A DNA stretch of 64,000 nt from Atractiella rhizophila (Eukaryota): positions 1 to 64,000 of the forward strand of contig MU271279.1 of assembly GCA_021432655.1 (NCBI GenBank). The letters run 5' to 3'. The notes beneath the pieces were generated by a model, which was not told the origin of the DNA, made no database searches, and saw nothing but the letters and a program-made list of their open reading frames with translations. A program made the translations under genes and the position numbers. Positions 40,488-51,558 of this stretch are shown here, one piece after another. How positions within the stretch are numbered: position 1 is the first letter of the stretch; every line of letters begins with the position of its first letter.

Positions 40488-41847
40488 ATGCAATGGCCCA
40501 TATCCTTCGCACGATCAGAAGACGCAATCCCTCAGCCGGGTCCACGATCTGCGTCTCAATATTCCTCCACGAGCATGACACTATTAACCGAGACTGGGCG
40601 CCAACTAACGCGACCAAGCCACATCGAGTGGATGAATGATCGCTACAACGGGAAGAGGTGTATTTTTACACAATGGATTGCTGGCGTGCACTGGTGCCAC
40701 GTATTGGAGGCGAGAGATGTCATATCGGCGCGTTGTCTGGTCCAAGGCGGGAACGGTTATTGTATTGAATAGCAATTTGGGATGGACAGGGTAGCGCGTT
40801 GAGCAGGCTCAACTTGGTGTCAGCGGATTTCCTAAGAGAAGGATATCTGAACCTGTTCCCTTCGCTACTCAAGTACCACTTTGACAATGGCATGTTGGGC
40901 TTTCTGCCCAATATCGAAGTTTTACAATTCCTGGTTCTTATTGAGGAAGGACATCGGCGATTTCGCGAGGATTCCATCTCGAGGGGGCATCCAGATCCTG
41001 GCAGAATGCCCTATTCGTCATTTTACGGAACATTCGAAGGCTCTGGCACATATTACGACGTATATTTCAAGAGGCGCATAGTCGACTTTGAGCGTGTCTT
41101 TAGAGTCCTCGATCGCAAGCTTTGTTATACCGACTCCGGAGCACCCATAGGCGACGATGCCTTCCCTCAACTCAAGTTATATCTTGCTTTAACAGTCGTA
41201 ATCTGGATTCAAGCAGAACGTCTGAACAGGACGTTCAGTAGTGCCACGGCCGACCCATTTGTTGGTTTTTCTTTTTATGCAGCTGGAAACTGAGTGCGTA
41301 TTTAGTTCAACGTGTCACTAGCCATTTATCTGAAGGATTTATGGATGGCTCCGCTGATGGGCGCCTGTTGAACTCCCAGCGACCAACCTCTCTTCCGCCT
41401 CAAGGAGTCTGGCCATATACTACAACTGCACCAGACTTGACTTTATTCACAGGATCCACAGGAGCCACAGCAACAAATCCCCATCCTCCCAATCCTCCAG
41501 GCTCATCCCAATTTTCTGTTCCGATTTGGACTTTGCCTGAATTTGATTTCCAAGAACTGCCCGCAGAGGAACGATACGTGGGAATGACGACGGAAGAAGC
41601 TGTGTCGCGTGAGCTTGCGAGGAGGGGAATGACAACGACAGTACCTTCTGGAAACTTAATCCATGCGTGGCAAATGAAGACAGAATGTTTATCGCCGGTG
41701 AAAAATGTATGGTACCGACTTTCTCACCAGACTCGTGACTTATCAAGACCGTTTCTTTGCAAGCATTTACACCCTACAATTAATGTCGGATTACAACTTC
41801 CTCACAACATTGCGGGAAGGTATAGATATACGAAACAGCCTGTATGA
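40488..41847 (+). CDS. Hypothetical protein with degenerate HNH_2-like nuclease motifs, copy 1
   Basis: RYNGKRCIFTQWIAGVHWCHVL followed by NLFPSLLKYHFDNGMLGFLP resembles the C..T....H / N..L....H..FD.G...F.P pattern of fungal HNH_2 proteins. The exon structure is uncertain. Confidence 0.4.
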
Positions 41848-41849
41848 TG

Positions 41850-44300
41850 TATGAAAACTTTTACGCCAACACGACATAGACATTGTTTTATCCTATTTGT
41901 CCCTATCTTCGTTTGTCGTCTATTTACCTTAAATCTTACTATTTTGGCTATCTAAGCCGATATGTATATAAACCCTCGGCTTCCTTTCTCTGTCGCCCAT
42001 CGTTTCATTTCGAGCTCTCCGCTGGATAGCAGCTCACTGAATTCGTTGGACGACAGATTCATAAGAATCTAATATGGTAGCGAGAGCTTTCTCTCATGAA
42101 TCCTAACGAGAGAGAAACGGTGCCTGGACCTCCCAACTCAGACATCAACACACGATCGAATACAGAAAATTCGATTTCTGATTCAGAGGAAAGCGTGATC
42201 AGCATTTCCTGACTATATCCCATATCCTAGATCAGAACCTCCAACTCCCACTGCTCCTCGATCCACCACATTCGCTCCACCTCCGCACAACAGCACAGGA
42301 CTACCATCTCCGACACCTCCCTCCTCCTGATTCATTCAACAGGAACTCCCCTTCCCTCCTTCTCCCATACCAGAGACAACTACAGATCCTGCCCGCGGAG
42401 ATCCATTTCAAAACCAATCAGGAACGACCTCTCCCCTATTACCAGAAACGACAGACCTGATCTTTTATTGGAAGACCTCCCTTCGATCAAACGATTCAAA
42501 GGCGATATGACCTCCTCCTGACTTCATCATCTTCCTCCAACGTAACGTGGAGTGCGATAGATGCACTGAAGATACCTGAACTCACGGTTGGAACTTACGT
42601 CTCTTTCAAGGAGAAGATTGACAAGGCATTTGCCATCGCAGAGGTGACGACATTCGCTAGTGGCGACTTCCCTGCCCCTGTCAGTCCTACGAACTGCATT
42701 GACCTGGACGGACGAGAAGAGAAGAAGGAAAAGAAGGAAGCGATACCTATCATCAGAGGAGACGCGTCGACTGATGAGATGAAGGCATATTTTCGGGAAG
42801 TAAACAACTATTCAAAATCCCTCGCCTTGGCGATGCTTGTCTTATACGAAGATACGCTGGACCTACTGCGTCGAGAATCATTGAGAAAGAGGACGATCCA
42901 GTAGAAGCGATGAAGTTATTGGATTCTGCTTATGGAGGAAAACTAGGTGGAGATATTGCAGGTCAACTCCGAGCGTGCATAGAGATGAAATGGGACGGTT
43001 CTTCTGATTTCGATGCCTTCCATACGGAACATGCAGAAGAATTTAGGAAATTCAGAGACATGGCATCGAGTAAACAGGTGAATATCGATGAGAAACTCGA
43101 ATCTCTTTTTCTTTACGGTGCCATTCATAGAATCATGGAGACAATGGCTTTCCGGAGACTCTTTCTTGGATCAAACCGATCGTCAGCAAATCATCGAGAA
43201 GATCCGTCCAGAATATCTGATTCGTCGAGACAAGGGAGTGGAACTGGGTGCGATGATGGTAACGAACAATCCTTCCAGTTCGTCAAACTCGAACAGACGA
43301 GGAACAAGGGAAAAGGTAAATCTTTGAAAGGACAAAGGGGGTGGAGCCCCTACTTCTTCGAACACTATCGTTACAAAATGATATCGAGACGCTAAGAAAT
43401 GTCAAGAATGCTGGAAACCGGCCAGATGGCATACACCCGGAAGAAAGATTCGTTTAGGAAGAGAGCAGATGTCGCAAATGTGGAAGGAGAGGCCATTTAG
43501 CGGGAGCGTGTCGTAGGACAGATGAAGAAGCGACGAAAAATCTGCGAACGATTTTCTCTGGATTTGGTATCGAGCTGCCTAAAAACGATTCCGCGTCAGC
43601 ATGGATTGCAGGATTCATTCAAGACGACGATACTTCGATCGTTTGGCCTCAATCCATTAACCCTGAGACCAATCGAGCCTGGTTTATGTCTCCAAATTTC
43701 CTCAACCCTGTTGCAATTAAGTTCGATGACCAGGAAGAAAGATACGATTCAATCTTCTGCGTATTTGGCAGCCACCAATTCCATTTTCGATAGGATCTCA
43801 ACTGCTTCTTTATCCGATCGTATCTCTGATCAACCAGATTCTATTCATTTTCAAGGATGGATGGTTTTAGACTCAATCGAGATCTCATCGGACAAGAGGA
43901 GAAGAAGATGATGACTTAGATCCAGGAGAGGGAGATTTCGTGGATGCGGACTGAGATTACGGAGGAAGATGAAATAAATTTCGATTCAAGAAAGCCTCTA
44001 GACAGTTGACCATCGAACGACGAGTATGACCAGACTCCTGGCGACAGCCCTACGACCGGATCCCTTCTTCATCTTCCTACGATCCGGCAATCTATCCACC
44101 TCCTCCCAATATGATTCTCAACCCCCCACTATCGATCGCCTCTCCTCCAGAACATCGCCGCCTTATCGACGAAGCCGATAAAGAGGAAGAGTTGTGGAAT
44201 TTCCCGAAGGAACTAAAGAACAAAGACCGCATTGGATTTGACGTCGACATGGCCTTGAAGCATCCGCCTGGTTCATACGAAGATGAGGAAGAACGTGACG
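41850..44300 (+). mobile_element. Degenerate Ty1/copia-like LTR retrotransposon (5' LTR, PBS, gag remnant); ends uncertain
   Basis: TATATAAA at 41965 and PBS-like TGGTAGCGAGAGC at 42075-42087. Gag-like ORF pieces (KLLDSAYGGKLGGDIAGQLRACIEMKWDG) precede a CX2CX4HX4C knuckle CRKCGRRGHLAGAC at 43470-43511. The element is absent from the second copy of the block. Confidence 0.75.
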
Positions 44301-45087
44301 ACCCCGGTTGAGGTCATGGAGAAATTAGGAGAGATGAGGAGGGAGTACGACGAAGAGTTGGAACTTCAAGTGGAAACTACCGAGGTTTGAAGATCTGGAT
44401 AGACAACTTAGGCTCCATGAAGAACCGTCACGACTCTTACTCGACTCAACCCAGTAATTTCCACCCTCGACGAAAAGATCTCTCTTACGGTTATCCTGGA
44501 GCAGCATCTACCAACCTTTGAATCCTCCTGGTTCTCCGACACGAATGGACGAAGCAAGAAGCAAGAAATCCTTGGACCACCGATCAACGAATACGCTTAC
44601 AGTTAACGAAACGGACGATTTCCTTACGGAGAAGACATCGCAGAGTGGTTCAGGAGCGAGTAAAGCAGACCCGTAGGAACACACCGCTCAGGGAGGCGAT
44701 GGAACGCAACCTCACACCTGTAGGACGAATTTAGACGGAAAAGTGAAAATGGAAGAGCCATCCATTGGGAAGAACAATGAAGAAGAGGAGCTCATTGAGA
44801 TGAGGTAGATTACGGAAGAGCAACGACTAGCATTGCACTGAAAACGGCAACTCTCAGTCCTCATATGGAATACCTCCTAGAACTATCCATATCGTACGTC
44901 TCTTCCTCCCACATATACGCCGAAATCTGCTCGAGCGTACAAACGGGACTCTCAGAAAGCCGAAAGCAACAGCATACGGACCCCTCCTGAACTTTCTCTC
45001 CGTTAGGCACCGGCAGGAACCGAAACGTATCTCAACCGTGAAGCATCCTAATTCGAAGTACTTCGAGGAGAAAAACCTCCAACATGA

Positions 45088-46128
45088 TTAGAATCCGCAG
45101 GAACCTTCAATGTCAGCTCAGGATATCCCCAAGACCACATTTTCCCGGCCTACCCACACGTCCTCCTGAATACTCGACTCCGCATGGCAAGCCCTTGCCC
45201 TAGACACATGAATCCCTCCAAAGTCATCTACACCTCCAAACCACGACTACGAGATCCCAAAGCTTCCCAATGATCCCTTCCTCACCCCAGAGCACAAGTA
45301 CATCCGTCTTCATCTTCTTTCCCTCCCTCTCATCCGCCTCGTCAAGTTCCAAATCTATGCTCGCGCTCGCTCGATAGTCTTCACAGATCGCGTGGACGGC
45401 GCCAGGCAGACTGTTTGTGCGGTGATATTCTTGTTCGAGCTGGGAACGGATTGGCGTGGGAGGACGGAGAGCAGCTTGCTTTTCGAGCTGGGATTGGAGG
45501 TATTCTCGTTGGTTCGCTTCAATCATTCTGTTCACAAAATCGCATCAAAAGCCTGGTAAGCTTGGAGCTTCATACCTTTCAGGCCACGGATAAGGTTGGA
45601 TGAGAAAGAACCACCATATATATTTTGTCGCAAATTCCTTATAGTCTTTAGGGGAGCGATACATGGTCAACGTAGGGGCGATATCCAGCAGAACGACCTT
45701 CTCGACTCTATCAGGGAAATCCACTGCGAGTCGATGTGCCACCCTCGAGCCTCGATCATGACTGACTATCGTGAATCGTTTGAAACCAAAGTTGTCCATG
45801 ACCTTTACCGAATCGTTTGCCATCTCTCTCTTCGTGTACAGTCTGTGCTCTGTATCGCCCTCATCGAAAGGCTTGGAGGAGTCTCCGTATCCCCTCAAGT
45901 CGTGAAGCACGACGGTATATCCAGCTTTCTCAAGAACAGGAGCGATGGACGTGCCATGTTGAGAGTGTTTGCGGGTTCCCATGTATCAAGAGGACGGGAG
46001 GACCGGTGCGGGAGGGTGAGATGGCGTTGTGGATGTGGATTGGAGGGAAGTAGAAGTTTGGATGTGTGAACGCCAAAGGTGTACGTAGGGTAGAGAGACT
46101 TTGCGAGTTCACTCGTTGTGAGCGACAT
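45088..46128 (-). CDS. Haloacetate dehalogenase-like hydrolase, copy 1 (frameshifted, 3' end garbled)
   Basis: Near-identical to 53965-54969 over 45255-46128; 45088-45255 is a corrupted version of the 3' end. Confidence 0.7.
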
Positions 46129-46939
46129 GGTTTCTTCAGAAAGACAAAGACAATGTCAAGATCAAAGTTTGATGAGGAAGCAGCAGCACTAAACATCCAA
46201 CTCTGCCATGCTTTTATAGTTTTCGGACGAATCTGTTTCGTCAGCTGTTCCATGCAAGTATTTATTAACTTGTATTAACTGTCGCAAGAGCTCAATCGTT
46301 TAAAGCTGTCAGCACAAGTTAAGGTAACGCTGGCGGTTGTGCGTAAGACCGAATAGTCCGAGGCGTGGTAGCATCAACCTCATTTCGATACTCGACTCGA
46401 GCGCTCCAAAATGTGAAGCAGAAATCTGCTATCATGCAGGAAACATCGTTGAAATTTGATGAATATGACAACAGCATGAAAACAGACTCTAGCCCAGTAA
46501 CCAAACTGACTACCCACCAATCAAATGCTACTTAGATCTTGCAACAGTCACAGAACCCATCAGAGGAACAACTCACGACAGAACACTCACAAATACTATC
46601 CCACGTACTCCCACGCAGTCAGCCAGTGACCCTCCTCCAGCCACCAAACGCGCCCGTACGTCCGAGCCGCAGCAATAGCAATCTGACGAAGCACGAAGAC
46701 AACACTAATTAGGTCACGTCTAAAGCTCCAAATCGAGAGAATATAAAGCTCTCCCCCCTCTAGACACCGATTTCATACATTCACCAGAAGAGAGTCAACA
46801 ATACTGCTGAACGAAGATGCCAAGGTCAACACAACACTATTCTGCCAGCTGCTCCTCAACCGAACCCTTTCGCAAAAAGAGTTCGGACGTGGAATGCGCA
46901 ACAAAGAGAAAGGAGAAGACAAATGTACAAGAAATGCAA

Positions 46940-48235
46940 CAAACATGCATACGACAAGTTCGAGCTGCTGAAGAAAAGATGGTACAAAGACATTCTGAAA
47001 GCCCGGATTTCGAACTTCGCTTGCATACTGCGCACGGTGTCAGCCACACCACAGTGTCAGAAAGTAGATGCTTACTTCTCTCTCAACGCACATATCTCCT
47101 CCTGAAGGACCCACATGAACGCAGTGCACATCTGGTCTAAGTGTGCAATTATGTCAGCTGCCTCCTCTTCTTATAGTTTAATACAAATGATACCTCGTGA
47201 GAACCATTGCTCGATGGATATATCGACAGAATGTAGTATCTTGACCCAATGCCCAAGGATCTCCCAGCTCTTTTTCAGTCATGAGAAAATTCACACATCC
47301 GTCAAAGTCGTCGTACTGCTTGTTGCTCCCCAAACAGTATGCCATTGCCCTACTGGACATTCAACCACGCTATCTGAACGGGCTGTGGAGTACGCACACT
47401 TCGCACGTATCCACGGCTGCTCTCATCTTGATCAGGTTGCTGCTGGACAAGATTTGCTCTCCTTTCCTAAAACGTCCAGCAGTCATACTAACTGTCCGAT
47501 CCCCATTGTCGCCTTCCTCAACAGAATAGCCCAATTCGTTTGCGATAGGCTTTAGAAGGTAGGGAAAAGCCTCCTGCACGGACCAAGCATAACGACGGAA
47601 GGTGAAATCGTAAGCTGTCATTTTCGTAGGGTTTGAAGGGTCGTATTTAAGCCATGCATCGATTTGGATGGGCTGGTAAGGCATTCCGTCCACGCCATAG
47701 TCATATTCTGCTATCAGGGACCAGGAGACAATGGATTCCGTCAATGTGAGAGCGCTGAAAATCTGTCAGTATTCATCAACTGCATCTGAACTAGAGGGGT
47801 ACATGATTTTCGTGTCTCGAGCGACAGGAACAAGACGGGTAGTGTTGATTGATCCTTGGTACCCGAAAACACCTGAAAAAAAATGTTTAACCCAAACCGC
47901 AGAAACTGTGAAGCAACTCGTACCAAAGATGTACTCAGTGTTCAGCTCTGCGCCGTCATACTCATTGGTCACATCCACTCTCCCAACAACGTCGTCAGAA
48001 AAGCCTTCCCAGACACCAGCATTTGCAATCGGCGCTGGATTTAGGTAAGCCTCCCCCAGTCTATGAACATTCGCCTTTCCAGACACTCAGCGAAAGGACT
48101 GGATGGATGGAAGAAGACTTGCAAGTAGCACGGCTGGGTTGATTGATTGGCTGGTTGCTATCGCAGGACGAGCATAACCAGAGGGAGCGAGGAGAAAGAG
48201 AGCCCATAAAGGAGGAGAGTAGTGAGAGGCGCCAT
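46940..48235 (-). CDS. Secreted Cys-rich hypothetical protein, copy 1 (1-nt indel near 48203, 3' end garbled)
   Basis: Near-identical to 55682-56975. Confidence 0.65.
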
Positions 48236-48696
48236 TGACGGAGCTTGAGCTCAAAGGGCTGTCGAGGGAAAATTCTCTCCATTCCCATTCGCTTTAAGCG
48301 CTTTCATGAGACTCTGTCGAGGTACATGTACACAAGCTTCAAACATTAGTCAAACAAGGCGAGCAAGAATTGCGGCGGAGAATGGACAAGAATGGACGCG
48401 AAAATCACTAAAAGGTATTGGAAACTGCTTATCTGAATTCTGAGGTAAATCAAAATCAAGTCCTAGCCTAATTTTCTACTCTGCTAGGGCTACTGGCAGT
48501 GTTAATTCCCTTTATTGGCCAGGTTATTATCGGAACTCTGCGCAATCTACAAGCCGCAACAGATACAGCCGGCATGTTTGGCATCCGAAAATCTCCAACG
48601 AGTCTTGGAAAACATGTCGCCCATCACTTCCTACTTACTAAAATCGCGTCACTACCTTATCAGCCACACGCAGTGGCGGACATCACATCCAACGCT

Positions 48697-48721
48697 NNNN
48701 NNNNNNNNNNNNNNNNNNNNN
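48697..48721. other. Assembly gap (25 N)
   Basis: Run of 25 n in the sequence. Confidence 1.
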
Positions 48722-49665
48722 CCCATTCTCAACACAGTACCCTCCTCATCAGGCAACACAACTTCCAATCCTAACACATTCCCGTGCAATGATCCATAGC
48801 GGAGGAGACGTAGCCCGCCGGCATTCGTGGAGATGTTACCACCAATTTGACACCTGAAGCGGAGAGAGTTTAGAGCTGGAGCGTGAGAAGAGGGAAGACT
48901 GACGAGCCCTTCGCGCCTAGATCGAGGCTGAATTCTTACGTGAGGAATATAATGAAGAGGAGAAGAGGGCGACGCACGGGAAGATGTAGCCTTTGGCTGC
49001 TAGGTAGTCGTCTACATTCTGCAGCACACACCCAGCATCGAGCGTAATCACGCCTGTTTGTCTTCCCTCAGGCTAACTCTTCTGCACCAAAGGAGGCCGT
49101 ACCAGATACCTCATCGAATGATCGGATGGTGTTCATCCCGCTCAGATTGAGGACTAGCTCGTCATGCACTGGCACACTGCCGCCTACCAAGCCAGTGTTC
49201 CCGCCTTGCGGTACTCTGTTTACCACATCATCATCAGAGAAGCAAGAAAGGAGAAGGACACAAACACGGCAATGTTTTGTTTGTAGCAATACGCAAGCAG
49301 CTTTGAGACTTCCTCTGTTCTCTTAGGGCGGACAACAGCAACTGAGTCCAACAATCACCTTCCCTTCCTCATAAATCCATCAAAAACAACACACCGCTTC
49401 TCCCCTTGTACTTCCCCATCCAATCCTCATTATATCCACCCAGTTCTACTTCTTCCACTTCCTTCCAACCAGCCTCATCGACTGCTGCAGGTTTTAGAGA
49501 CGTGATCACATTTGAGTCTGGATTCGAGATCACGCTTCGGAAGAATGTTATGTCTCCCGCGTCGAGGGTCTTATACTGCTTCTTGCGCGGTGGAACTGTT
49601 GAGTTCCAGCGTTTTGAAGCTCTGGAAAGCTGCAAAAGTTGCTGAGGCAGTCGAAATGGTCGCAT
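48722..49665 (-). CDS. DLD2: DLD2 5' part, second copy, truncated by the gap
   Basis: Essentially identical to 39461-40404. Confidence 0.85.
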
Positions 49666-49741
49666 CTCTCAACTTTTATCGTCTGTCCAGACAAACTCAA
49701 CAACGACCGCCTTTATATTTTATATTTATTTCTGTACAAAT

Positions 49742-51140
49742 ATGCAATGGCCCAATATCCTTCGCACGATCAGAAGACGCAATCCCTCAGCCGGGTCCAC
49801 GATCTGCGTCTCAATCCTCCTCCACGAGCCTGACACTATTAACCGAGACTGGGCGCCAACTAACGCGACGAAGCCACATCGAGTGGATGAATGATCGCTA
49901 CAACGGGAAGAGGTGTATTTTTACACAATGGATTGCTGGCGTGCACTGGTGCCACGTATTGGAGGCGAGAGATGTCATATCGGTGCCTTGTCTGGTCCAA
50001 GGCGGCAAGGCGGGAACGGTTATCATATTGAATAGCAATTTGGGATGGACAGAGTAGCGCGTTGAGCAGGCTCAACTTGGTGTCAGCGGATTTCCAAAGA
50101 GAAGGATGTCTGAACCTGTTCCCTTCGCTACTCAAGTACCACTTTGACAATGGCATGTTGGGCTTTCTGCCCAATATCGAAGTTTTACAATTCCTGGTTC
50201 TTGTTGAGGAAGGACATCGGCGATTTCGTGAGGATTCCATCTGGAGGGGGCATCCAGATCCTGGCAGAATGCCCTATTCGTCATTTTACGGAAAATTCGA
50301 AGGCTCTGGCACATATTACGACGTATATTTCGAAGAGGCGCATAGTCGACTTTGAGCGTGTCTTTAAAGTCCTCGACCGCAAGCTTTGTTATACCGCCTC
50401 CGGAGCACCCATAGCGACGATACCTTTCCTCAACTCAAGTTATATATTGCTTTAACAGTCGTAATCTGGATTCGAGCAGAAAGTCTGAACAGGACGTTCA
50501 GTAGTGCCACGGCCAACCCATTTGTTGGTTTTGTTTTTATGCAGCTGGAAACTGAGTGCGTATTTAGGTCAACGTGTCACTAGCCATTTATCTGAAGGAT
50601 TTATGGATGTGTCCGCTAAGTAGGCGCCTGTTGGACTCCCAGCGACCAACCTCTTTTCCGCCTCAAGGAGTCTGGCCATATGCTACAATGGCACCAGACT
50701 TGACTTTATTCACAGGATTCACAGGAGCCACAGCAACAAATCCTCATCCTCCCAATCCTCCAGGGTCGTCCCACACCCAATTTCCTGTTCCCATTTTAGA
50801 CTTTGCCTGAATTTGATTTCCAAGAAATGCCAGCAAAGGAAGAATATGTGGGAATGACGACAGAAGAAGCTGTGTCGCGTGAGCTTGCGAGGAGGGGAAT
50901 GATGACGACAGTAACTTCTGAAGAAACTTAATCCAAGCGTGGCAAATGAAGACAGAATGTTTATCGTGGGTCGAAAAATGTATGGGTGTAGACTTTCGCA
51001 CTAGACTCGTGAACACGTTTTATCAAAACCGTTTCTTCGGGATTTACAGGGCTTTTAAAGCGTATACATGGACGATTTATGTCGGATTACAACTTCCATT
51101 GTGGGAAGATATAACGTTACGAACCAGCCTGTATGTATGA
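49742..51140 (+). pseudogene. HNH-like hypothetical gene, copy 2, frameshifted
   Basis: Homologous to 40488-41847 with several indels and many non-synonymous changes. Confidence 0.4.
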
Positions 51141-51558
51141 AAACCAAAAAACATAATGCACAAAATACATGTGTCTATCTATTTACGATCACTTGGACAT
51201 CGATAGCCTCCCCCTTCACTTTAACCCCCGTTGTTACTCGTAGCACGAATAAAGTCGCCTGTCCAAACGCACTCCTCCTATCCTCCGTGACCACTCCCCT
51301 GTCCTGAAAGCCACTGCACATCACTAGGTGAGCTGGTGAACGACATTCCCACTTGCGCCGGGATTGATCGCAAAGGGCGAGGTGGATGCAGGGAGTGGAG
51401 ATGGTGCCATGCCCTCTGTAAGGGGAGGTGTCCATGGAGAGGCGATCGTGGACAGTTGTGCGTAGTCTTGAACCAGCCGGACTTCAAGAAAGTAACGACG
51501 ACTTTGGGAATTGCTTGGGCTTTGGTCAGGATTTGCTGGCGTAGATTGGGACATCAGA

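Noticed and set aside
51195..51435. Long-range CT-rich/GA-rich stems suggesting RNase MRP/P or telomerase RNA
   Set aside because: The conserved CR-I/CR-V motifs and a full telomeric template are absent; the pairing is explicable by low-complexity composition.
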